Shown piece after piece: positions 55,901 through 64,000 of a stretch of DNA of 64,000 nt. Below the pieces are notes generated by a model. It was not told the DNA's origin. It worked only from the letters and a program-made list of their open reading frames with translations, and did no database searches. A program made the position numbers and the translations under genes. Each line of letters begins with the position of its first letter. The stretch's first letter is position 1. The stretch comes from Eledone cirrhosa (Eukaryota). The stretch spans positions 329,344,001-329,408,000 of the forward strand of contig OZ024742.1 in NCBI GenBank assembly GCA_964016885.1, given 5' to 3'.

Positions 55901-56394
55901 TTCGAATATTGCATAAAATGTAAAATTGAAGATTTCTGATTCAGAATATTAAGAAATTACTCGTATATTATTATCAGTGATGTAATTGTTACATGGAAGC
56001 GTATTAATTTGATACAATTTAATAGATAAGATGTAGAATTAAATCTACTTAATTATATCAAAATTTACTCACGTTGTTTATCTAAAAATGTCCTCGTGAT
56101 ATTGTGAAGTAGAAGGAATGGACCTTCGTCTTTTCCATCACAATGTGTTCCAGTTGTTCGAGCAAGGGGAGAAACTACTCGAGAAATTAGCGTGCAGTAA
56201 GCTGGGTATTCTACTGAATTATAGCAATAAAGCTATTCTACGGACCTCAGATATTTACCCTATATCCTGATTAAGTAAAGACGAGGGTCGACCTGTAATT
56301 ATGGAAGACTAATATTATGGTAATTTGCTTCGCAACGCAGATATTTTAAATTTCATACATACGCAGTCACATATATATAAATTAATAATAATAA

Positions 56395-56997
56395 TAATTG
56401 TTTCTACATTTGGCACAAGGCCAGCAAATTACATAGTTCATTACTGGTACTTTATTTTATCGACCCCGTAGGGTAAAGTTAACCTCGACAGGATTTGAAC
56501 TCAGACCGTAAAGGGACGTAAGTATGCTAGAAAGCATGGCGTGCAAACGTCTACCGATACTGCCAATTCACCGCCCTATTGTTTCTAGTTTAGGCACAAG
56601 ACCAGCAATTTTGGGGAAGGGAACTCGATTAGATTAACCCCAGTGCATTACTGATACTTTATTTATCCGCCTGCAAGGATCAAAGATAAAGCTAACCTAG
56701 GCAGGATTTGAATTGATAACGTAAAGGGTTGTAACTTGATGCTGCAAAGCATGGAGTCTGTCGCTCTACCAATATTAATAATATATTTATATGATTATAA
56801 TATTATTATAATTGTTTCTACTTTAGGCACAAGGCCAGAAATTACCCAGTGCATTACTGGTACTTTTATTTTATCGACCCCGAAAGGATGAAAGGCAAAG
56901 TTAACCTCGGCGGGAATTGAACTCAGATCGTAAAGGGACGTAACTATGCTGGAAAGCATAATCCAACCCTCTACCGATACTGCCAATTCACCGCCCT
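56395..56997 (-). mobile_element. Cluster of three tandem tRNA-derived SINEs
   Basis: Copies at ~56395-56576, ~56578-56772 and ~56810-56997. Confidence 0.9.
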
Positions 56998-57040
56998 TAT
57001 AATATTATTATAATGATATATATATATATATATATATATA

Positions 57041-57141
57041 GAAGTGGTTACACAACAGTTAGTTCACCATACCGAGAACAATTGTTTCACCTTAGCAGAT
57101 CCTCAGCCTACCACTACGGATATTACCATCCAGTGCTCTAC

Positions 57142-57145
<4 letters not shown>
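57041..57145. mobile_element. ~105-bp PLE4-family mini-element (HHR piece joined to inverted pLTR tail) in (TA)n
   Basis: 57041-57107 matches 29204-29269; 57108-57145 matches 30713-30750. Confidence 0.8.
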
Positions 57146-57198
<53 letters not shown>

Positions 57199-58489
57199 TG
57201 AGAGAGTGTGTGTGTGTGAGAGGTAGATAGAATTTTGAATAAATATACATGCTTTTAAACATACAATAATTAAATTAAATCTATACATATAAAAATATAT
57301 TGATTATGTTACTCAACATAGAATGATCAATGAACATTAAGGTCCGATAATAATGTATATAAATTAAAACGATATACAAACACTTTTTTTCCATATGTAT
57401 ATTGTTGACAGTCACGTAGCATTAAAATCATATATATAGGATGACAAATAATTAATTTATTGACCTAAAGAAAGTGTCATGACAAATTTGCCTAAAATTC
57501 AATTATACGGCCGTTTCATGAAAATTTAAGAACGTGAAGCTTATAACCGATTGAATTGGTCTCAATCTCCAATCATTTTTATAACTAATAAGTATCATTA
57601 AAACCAAAGAAAATCATTCACCAATAAGTGATTAAGGTCTTTCCTGTATATATCACTCTCCAGATTAACTAGTTAAATGTCGAAGGAGGATGATTGAATA
57701 AAATTGCATAAATTAACGTCTTGCGCATAGACAGATATTACAGGACTTGTCAAAATAAGTGCTGAATACAAGAGTCGATGGAGTCCCTCAGTGGAAACTC
57801 TACAAATATATATATGGAAAAAACTTTTGTATATCGTTTAAATTTCTCTATATATATACATACACACACACACACACCTACACATACACACCCACATACA
57901 CACACACATACACACACATATATATATATATAAGTTTATCCCGGGTTCAATCGGGGGTAACCACAGTAAGTAAGGTACTCAATACAAAGCAGAGTATAAA
58001 TATTTAATAACCACCCTCTCCTACCACCAAAAAAGATATAAATACCACCATATTACTTGGACAGCCAGCTTCCTGATGAATTCTCATGAATGAAAGTGTG
58101 CTAGATCTGTAGAAGCTTTTATATATTATATAAGAGTCAGGACTCCGACGACTGAGCTCCGGACATTTTGTCATGTATATTTTCACTAGCTCTGACAGTC
58201 GGCAGGTAAGCAGTATATTGCACTGATGAAGGATACTGACCCAGACACTTTAGTGTCTGCAGTTTTGTTTGTATGCCAACACAAGAGCAAGAATTTCGGT
58301 ATCATTCTACTGACATGGCTTTAAAGAGGATCTTTGCATAATTTCAAAAGAATCAAAATATTATTAATATTGGAAAAACTCAGATTACATTTATTGTATT
58401 CAGCCATGTAGAACGATAAAACATTTGTTTGTTATATATATGAATATATATGAAATAAGTCAAGACCCAAGCGTCATAAACTGTTAGAT

Positions 58490-58865
58490 TTGGCAGTATC
58501 GGTAGAGCGTCGAACGCCATGCTTTGACGCGTAGAGTTACAGCCCTTGCCATTCTGAGTTCAAATTCCGCCGAGGTTAACTTTGTCTTTCATCCTTACGT
58601 GATCGATAAAATAAAGTACCAGTAATGTACTGGTGGATTGCTGGCCTTGTGCCAAAAAGTAGAAACAATTATCATAATTGTTTCTACTTTAGGCACAAGG
58701 CCAGCAAATTACCCAGTGCATTACTGGTACTTTATTTTATCGACCCCGTAAGGATGAAAGGCAAAGTCAACCTCGGCGGGATTTGAACTCAGATCATAAA
58801 GGGACGTAACTATGCTGGAAAGCATGGCGTCCGACCCTCTACCGATACTGCCAATCCACCACCCA
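58490..58865. mobile_element. Tail-to-tail inverted SINE pair
   Basis: Plus copy at ~58490-58670 and minus copy at ~58676-58865 with TSD caattatcataat. Confidence 0.9.
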
Positions 58866-60339
58866 ATTATCATAATGCCCCTCCGTGAGCTTACATGGCA
58901 ACCGCATAAAATTCGTGAACATTGAAGAAACTCTCCTTAGACGAAATTCGTTTATAGTAGTACTATTTTCCTTTCATACAACATTAAGACAATTAGTGAG
59001 ATTTCCAAACCATTCATATTTCCTACATTTTTTTTAATTTTAGCGTTCATCAAATCTGATTGGCGATACGGAATGTATATTATTTTCCCAAAGCTATTAA
59101 ACCTATTTCGATGGAAGCTAGAATGTTTACTTTAATTGCTTTTACATTTCACATTCCACTCATTCTAAATGGATTTTTTGCACTCACTAGAACGTCAATT
59201 TATGTAGTATTTTCCATATCATTTTGTTTCGGCTGAGAAAAAATAAAATAAAATAAAACAAAAATATCGAAAACTATTATTATGAGGCATTATAACAACC
59301 AAATGTTCCTTATTCTTAATGTTAAACAGTTTTTGAAGACAAATGTTTACATTTTTTATATACGATATGTTTCAACAGTCATTCATTTATTTATGAAAAA
59401 AAAAAAAGTTATATTTCCAACTCATTAAAAGTGTCTTCCTATACTTGATTTCATGTGCTTTTATTGTTCATATAACGTGGCAAGAATTGGTTAATTTTTG
59501 CTACGAAATAACAATCGCATGACGGCTATAATCTTTATCTGCAATTTTTAATAAATAATGTCTAAAGTAACAATAATATATTTCGAATCGAAATTATGTT
59601 TGGTTTTACATTTAGCGTAAAGAATACATCACCAAACAAAAATCCTGGTAACGCTCTATATGTGTGCTGATTTCTATTGTTATTTCATTTCATTGTAGTA
59701 TTTCATTGTTTGTTGGTCGATAAATTAAGTACACGTATTAATCTGATGAGTCAAAAACGAGTTTGAATTTGAAGATTAATTGATTTTACTATCTAATGTT
59801 TTCTGTATTTTTTCGTAATGTTTTTCTCAACATTACATTGCTTAAGCATGATCTTTTCTGGAGTCTGAGATTCTTGCATTTGAACTTTTGTAGTTTATAA
59901 ATTTGGGTTTTATTTCTTATATAGTCGACGCTCTTCTGTTCTTTTATCTGACATGTTTTCGTCTTTTATATAATTTGTATACGGAGAGTTCAGTATTGAC
60001 GTTTTCATTAGTTTGTCATAGATTATGTATTCATGCATAATGAGATGTTTCGTTTCATTTTCAATGATTTCGCCATCTATAAATCTTTGTTATACCTGGT
60101 TGATTCATCCATAAATTATTAGTTCTTATATAATGTAGCTTTATGTTTGCTTTTTTGAAATACATAAGAAATATTAATATTAATAATCAGGAGTAATTAT
60201 TTAATTTATCAATATATATATATTTTTTTTTTTTATGTATTAATATATATATATTAAAGGCATATTTATTTTGTGGATAGAATGAAGTAAATAACAGTAT
60301 CTGTGCACAAGTTTCATTGCCTAAACCGAAAAAAGACCG

Positions 60340-60580
60340 AGAATGTATTTCACCGCTTGAAGATCGACGTCTCCATTCTGATTGAAGATATGGGCAATGT
60401 GGCTCGGAGACCCAGTACGTTAGATGCTTCTAGCGATGTGGATCCAACAAGAAACCTTTCAAAATATCGCAGATATTTTGGCAACTTGAGATCATCTGTT
60501 TGCAGGGTGCCGAAGGCAGAGTCAGATCCCAATCCTGCCAGCTTGTCGCTGAGGAAAGTAGCGTCCTCTGTCGCAGAATT
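60340..60580 (-). mobile_element. Probable old RTE-clade fragment
   Basis: DSAFGTL and SNVLGLRATLPIS..IRME weakly resemble the RTE C-terminal region. Confidence 0.35.
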
Positions 60581-61069
60581 CGTGTATGTGTGTGTGTGTA
60601 TGTGTGTGTGTGCGTGTGCGTGTGCGTGTGCGTGTGTGTGTGTTTATGTGTGTGTATTATTTAACGTATGTTTGTGTAAGGAAAATTTTATGTATAATAT
60701 ATATATATATCAATTATATCATGCATGGAATGATGTCTTTGCACTTAACATTTCATATTATTTCGTATTTGCTTTAGATTTAACGATAATTATTTTATAA
60801 GTTCACATTGTTTTTCAGCGACAGCCTCGTCCGATTCCCTCCGAAGTCGAATTTTTCATTGATATTTCCAAGTACAATAAAATAATGTACTGAAGCACTG
60901 AATATGCATGATCGGGAACCACTGGACAAAATGATACGTGTTATTATATTTTGAGTTGATCTTTACATTTTACCCGTTCAGGGCTCCATAAAATGTAGTA
61001 CCTGTGAAGCACTTGGAAATGTTATAATTGGTTTTCTCCTCCGTTAATTTGCTGCCCTTTTGCCTAAAT

Positions 61070-61745
61070 TATAATGATGATAAACATTTAAGGGTGGCTA
61101 TAATGAGGACGATATTCATGAAAATTCTGTTGATGTTGCTAATGTTGATGGTAATCACAATAATTATGTGATGATTAACATTATAAGTGTCGCGATATAT
61201 TTGATGATGATGACGAATAAGACGATTAAGATTATAATATTGATGACGATGATGAGGGTAATGATGTTGACGATGATGATTTATAAACTTATAATGGTGA
61301 CATTAATGCTGTGGCTTTCTGATGATGATGATGATGTTGATAATGATGCACCTGAAAAAGATGATGATGTATATGGAGATGCAATGATAAAATTATAATG
61401 GTGATGTTAGTGATGGTGATGATACCATTGATAATGATGATGATGATAATGATGATGATGATGATGATGATGATGAAGTAGATATGATGATAATAATGGT
61501 GTTTGTGTTGAAAAGCAAAACAGATGATGAAATTGATATCGTAGAAAATGAAGGCATGTGAAATATTTCTGCCATTAATAATATCGTTAAGTTGTTATAT
61601 CTAAACTGTGTTAGATTATCTCAACATTCTTCTCATCTTCTGGTGCACATCGTCATGAATATCATCATCATCATCATCATCATCGTAGCCGATGTCGTCA
61701 TCATCAAGATCATGATCATGATCGTCATTATTATTATCGTCATAA
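61070..61745. repeat. (GAT)n/(ATC)n low-complexity region
   Basis: Seen directly in the sequence. Confidence 0.9.
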
Positions 61746-61749
61746 ACAA

Positions 61750-61955
61750 GGGGCGCTGGATTGGTAGTATCGGTAGAGGGTCGGATGCTATGCTTTGCAG
61801 CATAGAGTTACGATCTGAGTTCAAATCCCGCCGAGGTTACCTTTGCCTTCCATCCTAACGGGGTCGATAACATAAAGTACCAGTCACGCACTGGGGTCGA
61901 TTTAATCGACTTTACCCTCCCCCAAAATTGCTGGCCTTGTGCGTATAGTAGAAAC
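61750..61955 (+). mobile_element. Full-length tRNA-derived SINE with TSD
   Basis: A box tggtagtatcggtagag, B box gagttcaaatccc; flanked by tattattatcgtcataaa on both sides. Confidence 0.9.
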
Positions 61956-63533
61956 TATTATTATCGTCATAAAAATTATTATCCTCAAAGATATAAACAC
62001 CATGTTCATCCTCGTCATCATTATCATATTTTTCCTTCCATGTCTTTATTAGTATCATGACAATCCTCGTCATTTATTTCTTAGCAATCATGATCAGTGT
62101 TAAGATCATTATCGTTATTTATTCTTTCCGAGTGCTCTTTCATCTTCTATTTTCCTCTTTGCGTGAAATCACTTCTCCTGTGTCTCTTTTATCATCAATA
62201 TACTAAATTAAGTTATCTTTTTTTTGTGTAAACTCATCTTAAACAACTACAAGCAAATCAACAATTCTTTACATGAATAGGAATGACAGCAGCAACAACA
62301 ATTCTTTAGATAACAACAATGACTGCAATAACAATGTTTTACATAATATCACCAACTGAATTTCTTTACGTAAATAGCAGCAACATTTCTTAACATATAT
62401 AACAACATCGGCAGCTCATTACAAAAGTAACAACAACAATAGGAATTGTATACGTAAATAAAAACAACTGCAATAACAAAAAATATAATACATTTCAACT
62501 GTAAAAAAACTTGTAATCAAACAAACAAACACGGAAATAAGATATACGAATGTGTGAAGATCGTCAATTAATAATGAAACAAATCCTGTGAAGTGGCCCA
62601 AAGTAAAGTGATAATATTTGTTTTGGCAGATCTGAAGATGATAATGACCTTAAAAATAATACGATAATGTCGTTCAGAAATTTACATATATCTATTTACT
62701 CTTATATATATAGACAATTCAAAAGTGTCCTTGTTCTGTTATATTTAATCGAGCATTTTCGATCAATTCTAAATATGATATAATAGTGTTAATGGAGACC
62801 TGTGACTTAGTGGTTAAGGTGTTCGCCTGACATTCATAAGTTCTGACCTCGAATAATTGTGGTTCCTTCCGCCATTCAGAGAAAAACGAAATTTCTTCAA
62901 TAGTACTTAATCTTTGTGAAATGCTGTCCGTGGTATATAGCGGTTATGCAAGGAAAGATGCTGGAACAAATCCCTACCCCTCTAATAAATATTTTATAGA
63001 CTTAATAATAACATTCTCACAAAGAACAAGCTTGCACTCGTTTAACTATTAAGAAAATGAACTTTAATCGAATACAAATTCTAAAATATATCAATCATGT
63101 TCTCGCAAATGGTTCAGCCAGTTGTTGAAGTGCCAATGTAGACGATTTTGTAATTAGCTGTTGTCAAGATCTCTGTTCTCTGTCATGCATAGAAGGGTCC
63201 TAGTGTTACTGCTGGCCTTCCAGTGCTATTTATGAGTGAGGCCCTAGCCGTCAAAAAACACGAAACAACAATAAAAGCAGACCGTTACACAAGTCCATGA
63301 AGAATCAAACAAGCACACACAAAACGTTTATACTATTGTCGTGGGTAAATCAACAACTAATGTCCCTCCTAGTTTAAAGAGTGGGCGTAGAAACAGAGGG
63401 TGAAATATTTTGTAAAATACTGAAAGACTGGGGTGCAAATGACGGGAGAACCTGTTCAGACATTCACAAGGGTTTGACAATACCGACAAGAATTCCCAAA
63501 TGCACCAGTGTAGACCTGCATTAATCGCACATA

Positions 63534-63570
<37 letters not shown>

Positions 63571-63580
<10 letters not shown>

Positions 63581-63990
63581 AGATCAAGAGATGGTTAAAG
63601 GAGTTCCATATATTTTATTATGCGCATTTCAAAAACAAACATCATCATGCAATAATATTTGTGTTTTCATCAGATAAAACAGGAGGACATGATATGAAGG
63701 CTAAAAAACACTTGTGGATAGTGCAGTTTTAAATCAACATATGAAAAGTAGTTTTAGATTGATGTGTGATATTGGGAAAATATCAATCTAAAACTACATC
63801 AATCTAAAACTACTTTTCATATGTTGATTTAAAACTGCACTATCCACAAGTGTTTTTTAGCCTTCATATCATGTCCTGCTGTTTTATCTGATGAAAACAC
63901 AAATATTATTGCATGATGATGTTTGTTTTTGAAATGCACATAATAAAATACATGGAACTCATTTAACCATCTTTTGATCTTATATATTAT
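63571..63990. mobile_element. Fold-back pLTR pair with HHRs at 63612-63680 (-) and 63881-63949 (+)
   Basis: ~195-bp inverted arms; gttttat CTGATGA aaacacaaa..tttgttttt GAAA tgcgca TA ataaaat. Confidence 0.85.
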
Positions 63991-64000
63991 GTATACTCCT

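Noticed and set aside
60303-60800. 165-aa ORF as a possible host exon
   Set aside because: It runs into a TG microsatellite, has no recognisable domain, and the opposite strand weakly resembles an RTE LINE.

Overview
AT-rich animal genomic DNA, dense in repeats. The SINE family, long (TA)n tracts and LINE content suggest an octopus-like cephalopod, but this is inference only. I found no host protein-coding gene; nearly all ORFs in the track are microsatellite translations or transposon remnants. The first ~32 kb is a nest of Penelope-like retroelements (PLEs), mostly of Naiad type, each abutting a (TA)n tract. Further along are a Neptune-like PLE (45.9-49.2 kb), a Tx1/L1-clade LINE (40.8-45.2 kb), RTE-clade fragments and many tRNA-derived SINEs. 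Folding by eye finds type I hammerhead ribozyme (HHR) motifs in about ten unrelated repeat families. Main observations: (1) two unrelated families carry a non-canonical CAGAAGA (U4A) core in every copy; (2) two other families carry the compensatory U3:A8 core; (3) three non-coding, HHR-bearing tandem units of ~500, ~530 and ~442 bp look like large retrozymes; (4) the block 1428-12847 consists of four reverse-complement copies of pieces of 12922-23894, joined at microhomologies or TA tracts. All ribozyme calls are manual folds and their activity is untested.
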